Origin: Dimorphilus gyrociliatus
Lineage: Eukaryota > Animalia > Annelida
DNA: 38,261 bases
Assembly: GCA_904063045.1 (NCBI GenBank)
Contig: CAJFCJ010000005.1
Span: 141,602 to 179,862, forward strand
Reading direction: 5' to 3'
Under the pieces are notes generated by a model. The model worked only from the letters and a program-made list of their open reading frames with translations. It made no database searches and was not told the origin of the DNA. How positions within the stretch are numbered: position 1 is the first letter of the stretch; each line of letters starts with the position of its first letter. Shown here one piece after another: positions 1 to 10,944 of the stretch. Position numbers and translations under genes: made by a program.

Positions 1-260
1 TTTATATTTAAATTAGTTAATAGATCTTCAGCAATTGCCCTTCCAGATGTCTTGATGTTACAGATTGCTCTCAATTCTTTTTTAGCACAAATATTCACAA
101 TAAGGCTTTTCCTTTTGTTACTCTTTATGAAAATATTTTCTTTTTTTGTTGAATAATAACTGGACATTGAATATTATTATTTCTAACAGAACATCTCAGC
201 AATAATATCTTATTGATCTGTAAAGTACACGGAGACATTTTCGAAAAATGCTAAGGTGAA
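1..260 (-). mobile_element. Mutator-like (FLYWCH-MULE) remnant, duplicated piece
   Basis: Identical to 11852-12110. Minus strand reads LRCSVRNNNIQCPVIIQQ (FLYWCH-like) and is contiguous with the MULE remnant in copy B. Confidence 0.6.
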
Positions 261-731
261 ATAATATGCCTTTGAGGAAAAAAGCTTTGTGAATGTGTAA
301 ATAATGGGATTGGCTGCCAATGTACCTGTCAGCAAATATTTCCCACCCTGAAAACATTTTAGGAAAAGATTAGTTTGAATATTTCGATGAATTTATTGTT
401 AGAAGGGCTCCAATTTAGGGTTAGGGAATACAAAAAACACAGATATTACACTCAACTTCTGATATATTAAGGTAAGCTTCAACCCTCCATGGGTTCGTTT
501 GCACCGCCACCCGTAAATAATATCTAGATATGCTGCATAACACATTAAAAGACATACGTTGATAAAATTCTATAGAATCACACTTACACTACAAATATTT
601 GACTAAAATGGGCCAAAAATGAAAGTTGGAAAACACAGAATTAAATATTCTTAGTTACTTTATTGACAATTCTTCGTTTATTCGTTCGCCTTTGAAGAGA
701 GACAGTTTAAAAGTCTAATTCTTTAAAAAGA

Positions 732-3700
732 ATGGCAACTCATCCTCCAGAATCATCTTTGCCGGTAAATAAAATATTTACAGTATTTAAAAAGTTTAAT
801 ACACTATTTTTCCTATAATCTATTAAAATTTAAAGAAAAATGAATGCAAAATCTTTAAGAATTAAATATTTCATTTCTTTGACCAGATTGTATTATTAAA
901 CAAAATACCTTGAGTTGACTGCTCTTTTCAGAAGGAGATGATTATTTTTCATGGAGAAATTTGTATTGAAACATATAAAGAGATTGAATCAAGAAATAAG
1001 ACCGCAGATTCTTCATTGACAGAAAAGACTGCACATTCTTCATCGACAGAAAAGACTGCAGATTCTTCATCGACAGAAAAGACTCCAGATTCTTCTTCAT
1101 CAAGAGATAAAACCGCAGATTCTTCTTCTTCAAAAAAAGAGATTGCAGCATCACTTTCAACAATAATTTTATCAAAACTAAAAGAAAACTTTTCTATTGA
1201 TAGATTTGATCTAACAATTGTCTGTCATCCTTCAAATGACACATTTGATGAGCAAAAAGAAGAGATTGAAAACAAATTTATAGAGAATTTTATAGATATT
1301 CTTAAAGAAAAGAAAGTATTAATAACATCGGATAGTCTTGAATATCCTGCATTGAAATTACTATTAAAAAGTATTAAAAAATATGAGGAAAATGGAGGTT
1401 GTCCTGTTCCAATAGTTATATATAATCCAAAAGAAAACGATGAGGGAAATGTTAATTATTTATCGATTGTTGATGATTTGAAGAGAGAGATGGAAAATGA
1501 TGTAATTCATTTGATTTTTGATGAAAATGATGATAATTTATTAAAAATACAAAACTGTTTAGAAAAGAGACAAGATGTAATATGGTTGAACAATAAAAAT
1601 AAACATCGTTTAGCTAACAAGGTGACAAAAAATACTGAATGGTTAAGAATAGCCGATGAAAAGAGAGACGACTTTCTCAAGATAATTATATTCAATATAA
1701 TTAATAAAAAGAAAATATTTGGAAGAAAATCATATTTATCTGATATTGGAGTAAATTGTATGGTTAAAAACTTTCCTAATTTCAACATGAAACCAAACTT
1801 TATAATACAACTACCATATTCAACTCTATCTGATGATAATATTCAACAAATTAAGCATCATCTAACAGAAAATGCATCATTATTTTTAACTGATGGAAAA
1901 CCAAATAGATTATTGGCAAAAGCTACAAATGACAACAAATCTATATGGTGTGGATTTGTAAAGGGTGAACATAATACAATCAAAAATAAAGATAGTGTAA
2001 GTCAAGAGACATTAAAGGGTGCCGGTTTGGACCTAAATCATCAATATTTCTATTTTCTTGGAGAAGATGAGGATGAAATGGAAACTAAAGAAGCATTCAT
2101 TAAACATGTTCAGACACAACATGAAAAGGTTATTGATGTCTTAATTAATTTTGAAGGCAATAGTAATGATGAGGTTATTCAAAGGTTAAAGTCTAAAAAA
2201 TATATTATTTCTCCAACTGAAATAAAAGATGAGAAGATGAATGAAGAGTGCAAGAAATATTTGAAAACATTCAAAAAAGAGGAAAATGGTTTAAAAGACT
2301 GTCTTCAAGAGATTTATGAAGAAAATTATCCATCCTTATTTATTGATGAACAAGACAACGAAACTGTAAAAAATACTTTGAAAGAAAGGAAAGATATACT
2401 GAAAGGCAAACATTTATTTATAACATTTAACAATAATGACGAGCACGATAACTTTGATAATCAGTTTATGAGAATCTTTGAAAAGAAATTTAATGTAGTT
2501 GTAAAAGTATTCAAACCATTGATATTAATTGATGGATGTTCAAAATTATTAGGACCCTGTAAAAAGGCGACACAAGAAAAGAAAATTAAATTATATAGTA
2601 CAGAACCGTCATGTCTTGAACATAGCTCAAAGGAGGAGTGCCCTAATCATAAAGAGAAATATGACCACTATAAATCACTTAAAAAATCATTTCTCCCTAA
2701 AGCGATATTGCAGAAACAAATTATACAAGCGGAAGATAAAATTCCTGATTTCTATTTAATTTCAATATTAATAGTAATTGGCGGTGAAATATACAAAACT
2801 CTACAAGAAATATGCAACATACTAACAGTGAAAAATGATAGAATTGATAAAAAACCTAATGTATTTATCATTAGAAAATGTGGAAAAACATCATTATTTC
2901 TTTATAGATTTATTTCTATAATTAAATCTGAAAAGGCAGAAAGTGAAATTTCCGATTTATGGAAAAAGAAGATAAAAAATCTTACAATGACAAAAAAAGT
3001 AGATGAATGTTTTGAATTGTGTAAAACAATTTCTAAATACAAAGATCAAATTCATATAGTTAATTTATATAAAGAAGATTTAAAAACTGCTATTGAAGAT
3101 GCCTATTTCAACAAATTAAATGATGATGATCAATTTGAATTGGCAATCCGCTGGGGAATTACTCATAGACAGTTTAAGGAAGATTTTGATCCTTACATTG
3201 AAAAAGAAAAATTTCAAAATTACCAAGAATTCTTTACAGATTCCTTAAAAAGTGACAATAAACGTGTCGTTGAAATAGTTCATAGTATTTTTCCAGATGT
3301 AACAAAGACTTTCTACCCTGATGAACTTTTTACACTTTCACTTAACAACGTTAAAGGTTTTAAATTCATTCAGAATTTAGAGAAAAAGCCAATTGTTGTC
3401 TTAGAAAAGTTAAATGGTGAAGGGAAATCGATTAAAGACTACAATTTGCGTCTTGAAGAGTTTAATAAGAAACAATCGTGTGAAGGGGCTGAAAAACTCT
3501 TAAGCATTTTGAATAATGAAGCCTTTAATAAAAATAAAGAAGCTCAAGATCATAAAAAAAAGCTTAATAATTTCAAAGAAGAGTTTAAGAATGCCGTACT
3601 GAATTTATTTAATGAACATTTTGATAAGAATTCTTCAGTTTATAGCTCACTGGAAAATAAATTGTTAGATGGTGATGACATAACATTCATATTTGCTTGG

Positions 3701-5206
3701 TCGATTATTGCCAACAAGACAAAAGTCTCGGAATACTTTTGGCTGAAGAGTAACAATCCTTTAAAATTGGCTATATTTGCTTTTGGAATTTTAAAACGGG
3801 CTAGGAAAGAGGCAATCAAGGAATATGATACTTTTTTAGCTACATCCTTGTTAGAGAGGAAACAAGTTTGGAAAGACAAAGCCCTTAGATATTTAAATGA
3901 TGCTTGTGAAAATGATAAAAACATTATTGACAAAAAAGTAAAGGAAGAAGCGAAGCAGAGACCAAATTCCATAGACTCTGCTAGAGCTGTAAGATTTAAA
4001 GAATATATTGCCAGTGCATTTGGCCAATGGTATTTGAATGAATTATGGCAAGGAAACTTGGGCAATGGAACCAATTTTTCACCAAGAGTAAAATTTTGGA
4101 TAGCTCTCGTAAGTATGATATTTAATTAACTGTTCTAATTTTCTAATTTTACCATTCAATCAACAGATACTCCATCTTCTATGTTTATTCACATTCTCCT
4201 TCTATTATTTAATTGATCTTCAACCAAAAACTGATAAATCTTTACATGGTAGCGAAGTGGCTTTTTACTTTTTCCTTAGTCTTATTGTACTGATGGAAAT
4301 AAGTCAGGTAACAAATTCATTCCCATAATTCACTGTAATGACAATTTCTGTCTTCCCCTCCCTCCCCTCTACCTCCCCCATATAAAATAGATAAAAGAGC
4401 TGAGTCTTCTACAATATTGGAAACATTTGACAGATGATATTTGGAATATTCTTGAATTGCTTATATTCATTTTCTGTTTACTATCAGTAATACTTATTTT
4501 TGTAATACCAAACAAGAACTTTGCAGTTGTAAGAAGCTTTTACGCCATTTCAATTTCGTTGTTTTATTTGAGAACTGCACTATTCTTATACAATTGGCAA
4601 GCATTTGGAATAAGGCTAATTATGATTTTTGAAATGATTAAAGATACAGGAGTAATGATTCCAATATTCTTAATATTTATATTGGCCTATGGAGTTGCCC
4701 TACAAGGACTTTTATATCCCAATTTTCCACTTGGACTTACCCTTTTCAAAAATATTGTATACGTGCCATATTGGCAAATATACGGAGAATTATTTCTTGA
4801 AGAAATTACGGGAAATGATGAAGAATCGTGTAATTCAACATCTATAAATGGTAGCAGCGATCGTTGTCCACAAAATTCAGCAGTAGCAGTAATACTGATG
4901 GCAATTTATCTATTTGGAGCTATTATTGTGTTGGTTAATTTGCTTATTGCTATGTTTGCAAGTACATATAATAGAATTGAAGCGAGATCTGAAATTATTT
5001 ATCGTTATAAAAGATACGACTTCAATTATAGTTTTCACTTTTTTTTCCGCTTAGGAGTAAGTAGTTAACCGACCAATTAGAATTCTTTGTTCACTTTTTA
5101 TGTTCAACATTCATTTCAGATTTTCAGGACTGCTATTGAAAAATTATGGTCCTGTTTTAAAAGGTGTTATAAAAGGTCTACTGCAAAAGTGGGGACTACA
5201 GTGTAG
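732..5206 (+). CDS. TRPM: Divergent TRPM-family cation channel, copy A, open frame. Predicted exons 732-764, 932-4108, 4167-4307, 4391-5056, 5120-5206 (~1367 aa)
   Basis: All predicted junctions are GT-AG phase 0. MHR/SLOG-like motifs LDLNHQYFYF and LIVIGGEIYKTLQEI..VFIIRKCGKTS; MHR4-like FIFAWSIIANKTKVSEYFW; S2/S3 Ca-site-like MEISQ and DIWNILE; S4 FYLRTA..FGIRLIMIFEMIKD; pore PYWQIYGELFLEEI; S6 LVNLLIAMF; TRP-box-like SEIIYRYKRY. First and last exons are less certain. Confidence 0.88.
998..1141 (+). repeat. In-frame 27-30 bp tandem repeat (5 units, KT[A/P][D/H]SSS) in the TRPM N-terminus; also at 12849-12992
   Basis: Units aagac[c/t]gcagattcttca... start at 998, 1025, 1052, 1079 and 1109. 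Confidence 0.93.
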
Positions 5207-5636
5207 AGAACCGTTAACATTTTTGTCATCATTAGTAATTCTTTGAGAATGAATGCGTGAACGATTTAGCCTGTTGAAGAGAGTAATATCGCAATAGTGT
5301 AAAATGTTGATTTATCTAAATAGCTGATTATCACCTGTCAGAACATGTTCCTTTTAACAAAATATAATATATTTCTACTAGAAGAAACTGGTAATTATTG
5401 AATTTAGAAATCGTTCTCTTTTGGCTGAAACCTTAGACTTAATAGTTTCTGTCCCTATCACCTATGACAACTGTGTTCAATAAGTGACCATTTAATCAAT
5501 ATCCTCAAAGGTGAAGGTTATAAAAAAAAGCATATTCAGTTCAAACGTGACTACACAATCAGGAAATTTTCTCTATATAGTGTGGCGTAATTTGCAGTTT
5601 TTCCCATTTTTACAGTTATATAATTTTGAGATCAAC

Positions 5637-6457
5637 ATGACAGAAGAAACTAAAATAGTTCAGAAATATTGTCCTTTAAGTAAATTAACTGCTGATAATC
5701 TGAACAATTTATCAGAAGATTTCTCAAATATACCGCAAAGAAAATATACAGTACAAACTGTAACAGAATTTTTAAATCTATTGCAGTTGAAGATTTGTAG
5801 TAAAAATGGATACAGCGAAAATTCACCTGGAGCTAGAGGATTACAAATAATTTTTGATCGCTTTAAATTTATTTATGATAAGTAAGTAGAAAGAATAAGA
5901 GAGAACAACAGCTCTCTTTCCCCTTCCCTCCCGCTCTTCCCTCATCTCTCTACCATTATTCAATTACATTATGTAATAAAAAGAATTGTTTTCAATTATC
6001 TTACAGTAAAATGTCCGATAATGTTAGTAAATGGAAGCCAATTTGTAAGAAATTAATGATAATAATCCTAGCCGTTTACGAAGAGAATTGCGTATCATGC
6101 GGTAATATTCCTTTTCTAATGAACTTTTTCGAATTACAAAACTTTGGCGATTATCTACAAGTAATCAATAAATATAGTTTTTAATTAATAATTTAAATTA
6201 ATAACAATTAAACGTCTCTTCTTATCAGAAAGAAATTAAAGAAAATGAGATAAAAAAGCTTTTAAAAGTTCTTTGTCAGGAGGACATTAAACCTTTGGAA
6301 AGCGATCGAAATGTTCAATTATGGTGTGATACGTACGATTCTATAGCTAGAAGATTCTTTTATGAAATATCGTTAGTATTATTACGTAATAACGATTGTA
6401 TTGCGTATAAATTCTACTCTTGTACATACAAAATGTAGGAAATCGAAGGATGCTATT
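5637..6457 (+). pseudogene. 5'-truncated-at-3'-end copy of the Death-TIR-TIR gene (exons 1-3 plus start of exon 4)
   Basis: ATG at 5637 matches 17487. The homology breaks off at 6457, inside exon 4. Confidence 0.8.
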
Positions 6458-6473
6458 TATTGGTAACATTATT

Positions 6474-7689
6474 ACCGTAACAAGCGTTGAATAAATTACC
6501 GTAACTATCTGTCAATTCCTTAAACCTTTCACTTTTACTACGAAGAGAAATGGTAATAGAAAGGTATGGTTAATTAAAATAACTTAAAACGTTACCTATT
6601 ACAAGCATCCATCTTTTCAATGAGAAGTTGAGTCATCCAAACAATTGAATCTTGACTATAGAAAAGATTCGCGTTTCGTTCAACGTTCCTTCGAAGTTTT
6701 TTCAGTATATTATGAAAGGTTCTAAAGTCATCCTATAATAGATAAATGTATATTAGATGACAAAAACATATTATCTTAGTTTTACCTTCCAATCTAATTC
6801 GTATAAAAATTGAGAACAAGCCTCTTGATAAGCGACGCTATTAAAATCAAAAGCCTTTTCCACAATGCCGTTTAAATAGGTCTTTATTTTTGGGATTTCG
6901 ATATTATTTCTAATTAAAAATTAATTAATTAATTAATTACTAATAATTCATTATTGTTGTTTGTTGATATTAAACCAACTTAATTAATTGACAATATCCT
7001 GTACCAATTGCTCCAAATGCTTCTTTAGCTTCCCTGCTATTACCCCATTGGTACATGTACATTAAATTAAATGACATTAAGAATAGATCAGCGTCCTCTT
7101 GAATATTAACCATTTGCGAACGTTCTACGCAATCTTCAAAGAATTCTTTGCAGATATCCTTGAAAGGATTTTCAATTATTGCGGTTAGAAATTGTCTTAA
7201 TTTATTCTTTTCATTCCTGTATAAACAAAATGGAAAAAATGATAGAGAAATTCATTTCTTTCCCTGAAGACAACTTACTTAAGAATTGGTAATATATCAT
7301 TAAAGTAATGATCCCTAAAGATAATAGTAAAGTAGTTGGCTTGTTCGCCATTTTTAATATTCCTTATATTATCTAGAAATGTGTCTATAGTCGATTTTCC
7401 AGAATAGGACAACTGCATTGAAGATAATTATGATAAAGAGGAAGAAATCTCTACTCTATCTAATGATACTTACGAAGGATAATTTATCATTAAAATATTC
7501 ACTTATATTCACAAATAATTCATTAATTTTCCGATTTGATGAATATTCAAATTTCGAATATAACTCATAGAGTTTAGCAAAGAATCTTGAATTTGTTGAA
7601 TTTCTGTATGAAACAAAGGATTACGTTGAAAAATTTGTTTCGATTCTTTATTGCTTTAACTCACTTTATAGATTGAAAGTAGCATTGGT
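6474..7689 (-). pseudogene. Inverted copy of internal exons/introns of the Death-TIR-TIR gene (= 18634-19839)
   Basis: Reverse complement matches both sides of the N gap, with a few substitutions and indels. Spliced minus-strand reading includes LSYSGKSTIDTFLDNIRN.., NEKNKLRQFLTAIIENPFKDIC.., DDFRTFHNILKKLRR.. Confidence 0.93.
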
Positions 7690-7696
7690 AACAACA

Positions 7697-7749
7697 TCTT
7701 GGCCACCGGAAGGTCAAATGTCAATGATATTTACTCAACTGTTGTACAT
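7697..7749 (+). repeat. 53-bp exact copy of TIR2-coding sequence (22298-22350)
   Basis: tcttggccaccggaaggtcaaatgtcaatgatatttactcaactgttgtacat occurs at both places. Confidence 0.95.
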
Positions 7750-7831
7750 GTTTCATTGATTCTTTTTCCTATTTGGCCAGGGTTGCTAAGGACGCTTCAT
7801 AATAATTAGAACAAGAGAAATAATGTTCATA

Positions 7832-7935
7832 TTAGTCTTTTTTTTTGATGTGACTACCATCTTTTTCGATACATTGCTTGAGCCTATGCCCCATTCCATC
7901 ATGTAGACCTAGTAACAAAACTGGCTGTTTCATCC
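7832..7935 (-). mobile_element. Possible Tc1/mariner transposase C-terminal remnant
   Basis: Minus strand LHDGMGHRLKQCIEKDGSHI resembles the Tc1 C-terminal L..SM..R...I...G pattern. The match is short. Confidence 0.45.
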
Positions 7936-7941
7936 ACAGCT

Positions 7942-8092
7942 TCACTGCAAATATTGATAAAAAATTAGCCAAAAACGAAAGTTGGAAAACCCAAGATACT
8001 TAATTATTCGCATTATTGACAATCCTTCATTTATTCATTTGTCTTCGAACAGAGACAGTTTAAATGTCTAATTCTTTAAAAAGAATGGCAAC
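7942..8092 (+). pseudogene. Diverged relic of the TRPM 5' flank and first codons
   Basis: Aligns to ~587-739 (gaaagttggaaaac, ttattgacaat, gagacagtttaaa.gtctaattctttaaaaagaATGGCAAC) with many substitutions, then switches directly into the LTR. Confidence 0.8.
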
Positions 8093-8336
8093 TGTTGAAG
8101 ATTGGTTCTTCTACGATTACGAACTATGTATATTTACTGTCGGTAACCGTATCAAACGGTTGCTGTATTCTAATAACCAAAGCTAATAATTATCACGTGT
8201 GGATACACGTGATTACGTAACTACGAGATTACGTCTCGTAGTATGACACATGAGACTTGATACTTATGTATATATATATATATATATGTCCGACCACCAC
8301 AACAACACCTACTGATCGCGATCAGGTTCTCAAACA
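8093..8336 (-). repeat. 3' LTR (244 bp) of a BEL/Pao element
   Basis: TGT...ACA termini. Polypurine tract AGAGGGGGGGAG on the minus strand at 8337-8348 abuts it. Homologous to the solo LTR at 34320-34580. Confidence 0.88.
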
Positions 8337-10308
8337 CTCCCCCCCTCTAAAGAACCTCGTGTTTCTTTAGAATGGGACTACCCTTCTCGGATCTCGCCAC
8401 ACTAAGGACCTTTCAGTGAGAATCTGTAGGTTCCTAGGCTGCCCATCAGCTGATTTCTTGGTTTTCTGTATACGTTCTATCTTCCAATTGTGACGTTTTA
8501 AGGAGTCACTAACTAGGACTACTAGGTCATTAGCCTTCAGAGTTCGTCCACTCTTTTTGTTCCATTTTGAGGTAGTTTGTAAAGTGGCTATGTACTCCTG
8601 GAACCATCTTCTCTCCAGCATAGCTCTGACAGATTCCATCTGTTTGTAGGAGTTTTTTATTCCTTTGCTTTCCTTAGATTGAATCCATAAGAAGGATGCT
8701 GGAGTGAGGAGGGTTTCTGTGTGATCCTCCAGGATAGTTGTCAATGGTCTTTGATTGACAATACTTTCGGTCAGAGTGATTGCAGTCCTTAGGCTTTCCT
8801 CTGTTGGTATCTCCTTGTTTAGCACTTGCAGGGTACCCTTGACTGGTTTCACCAAAGATTCTCATAACCCTCCTCTATGAGGAGAATTAGCTGGTATCAG
8901 TTTCCAGCAGATTCCTGCCCTTTCCATTTCCTCAGCCAATCTCCTAAAGGCTCCTGCACCATCGGAGTGTGCATTTTCTGGGTGGCCTGGCCTCGCCATA
9001 AACCTAGTCCATGCCCCCTTTGTGTGTCCAAAGGATGTTGATGTACAGATCTCCAGGTGTACTGCCCTCATTTGGTAGCAGGCTATGAGTAGAACAAATC
9101 TTTGTTCACCTTCATCAGCGTAATATGGTCCCGCGTGATCTACTCCTACATTTCTAAAGGGTCGCAGTGGTTTCTCAGTACACGATTTTGGCAGAGGAGC
9201 TTGTGGTATACTATAAGTCCGGCCCCTCCTATACCGTACACAGTAAGGGCATGTTTCAACAATGGCCTTTATCTGTGCTGTCCCTTTATGCAGCCAGAAC
9301 CGCTTCCTAATCCACGCCCTTGTCTTTTGTACACCTTGATGTGCTGCTTCATTGTGAGATGTAAATACTATAGCTTTAAACAAGGATGGGGTGCCGCACA
9401 TCATATGGTAATCCATATGCATTCCTTAGCCTACCATTTATCCTGATCACCCCATAGGTGTCTTTAAATGGTTCTAATTGGGGAAACTTCTCAATTGAGA
9501 TATACTTTTGTTCATCTCTCAGCAAGTAGGCTATTGCCAACCTTTTCTGTTGATAGACTGGTATTTTTGAGTGAGCCCATTTCACAACAATTTGGGCTAT
9601 CCTAACCATCTTTTCCCAATCATAAGAGAATGGCCTAAAAATGTCCCCTAGTGCTACACACTGGGTCATTCCAGATATGACTGGTGGCAACAACTCATTG
9701 TCTGAGTGTCTTCTTCTCCTGGTCCCTAGATCAGCAGGATTTACCTTGCCTTCAATCCTTCTCCATAAAGAAGGATTTGAATTGTCTATGATATATCTTA
9801 TCCTATTTCTAGTGAAGGCGTCCAACTTAGCATCTGCATTTTGTATCAGTGTAAATACTGCATTATTGTCTGTATGAAAAGTAACTTCTACTCCCTTCAA
9901 GTTCAATTTTTTGTACAACCTCACTGCCAGTACTGCTGCTTGTAGCTCTGCCTTTTGCATAGAATTGACATTCTTTTCATTGATTCTAGCCTTGGCAGTT
10001 AACAGAGTCATCTTTTTACCTTCCCCTAGATAAGGTATCCTTTTTAGGGCTGGAGACCCCATGATGAGCTATACACCAGGCCACCTCTATGGAGCCTGCT
10101 TTTCAGTAGCAAACCCTTGTTCTATATATTCATAGACAGACTGGTCATATTCTCTCTCATATACCGGATCTCTCTTAAATCTCACTAAGAGACTCCACAA
10201 CCTACGCTCTGCTAGTGAACGGCTCAGCCTCAGATCTCTGACATTCCTTTTGAAAGGAACAGCAGCCTTTAGCTCTTGGATGTCAAATTCATTTTTGACA
10301 TTTAGCAT
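8093..10308 (-). mobile_element. Defective BEL/Pao LTR retrotransposon (frameshifted, RT deleted, 5' end missing)
   Basis: Pre-RT motif YEREYDQSVYEYIEQGF and WCIAHHGV; Pao RNase H region LLTAKARI..AELQAAVLAVRL..FHTDN..NPADLGTR; HHCC zinc finger H..AAHQG..C..C; integrase VGVDHAGP..HSDGAGAF..WKLIPANSPHRGG; DUF5641-like RWFQEYIATLQ..KW..DLVVL; PPT and LTR. Confidence 0.92.
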
Positions 10309-10309
10309 T

Positions 10310-10930
10310 CATTTTTATTTTAGCATAATTTTGGCCTTGTGGCAAGGGCATTGTCCTGTTGGAAAATGAAACCCTTCCTATATAGTTTTTTTAGGAATGG
10401 CATGACCTCTTTTTTCAAAAGAGCCAGGTACCATGCCTTTGTGCCTTTTTATTTCAATTCTAGAAATTTGCACAAACCCATCTGGTCCAATACACCCCCA
10501 GATTGTGACTCCTCCACTACCCATTGAATGTTGACATCTTAAGTTTTCTCTTTCTGGATTAGACTGCCAGGTTTGGAAGTTATCTGGCCCATCCAAACTG
10601 AATCTACATTCATCAAAGATGATTACATTGTCCAAATTTACCTTATTTTCAAACCACCCTCTACAAATTTCCACTCACTGAAGTTGATTCTTCTTCTTGA
10701 GAGGGGAATGTTTAGGAATTTTTTTAAATTTCCCTCCCATTTCTTTAAGGGCATTTTGAATTGTCATTTTTGAAACAGTAAGGTTGCACTTAGATGCCAG
10801 CTTTGTGCTTGTAACCCTCTGTTTCTCTTTCTTCAGTGTGTTTATTTCTCTCTTCATGAGGGTCCTATCTCTAATTGACAGAGATTTTGGTCTCCCAACA
10901 CCTCCACTCTTTGTATAATTTGGTTTAATA
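10310..10930 (-). mobile_element. Tc1/mariner (IS630-like) transposase remnant
   Basis: GRPKILS..HTH region; IIFDECRFSLDGPD (first D); GVTIWGCIG; FIFQQDNA..CHKAK (second D). Broken by stops and frameshifts. Confidence 0.85.
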
Positions 10931-10944
10931 ATGCATTGTATGGA

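Larger units (their letters stand above)
1..6457 (+). repeat. Segmental duplication, copy A (begins at or before window start)
   Basis: Position 1 aligns to 11852 (offset 11851). Identity ends after ...aaggatgctatt at 6457/18302. The differences I saw are 1-2 bp indels. Confidence 0.97.

Noticed and set aside
942-4074. Minus-strand ORFs 942-1175, 1507-1788, 3640-4074 and their copies at 12793-15924
   Set aside because: Antisense shadows of the TRPM exon; 942-1175 simply mirrors the 27-bp repeat.
938-5068. Treating the 1063-aa and 213-aa ORFs as separate genes
   Set aside because: Phase-consistent GT-AG introns and a hidden S1-S2 exon (4167-4307) join them into one TRPM.
5511-5636. N-terminal part of ORFs 5511-5885 and 17361-17732
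   Set aside because: GTG start running through a pyrimidine-rich acceptor (ttttacag). The first ATG at 5637/17487 is the more plausible start.
8200-8330. Short palindromes in the LTR (cacgtg, tacgta, tgatcgcgatca)
   Set aside because: Too short to support a structured RNA or regulatory call.
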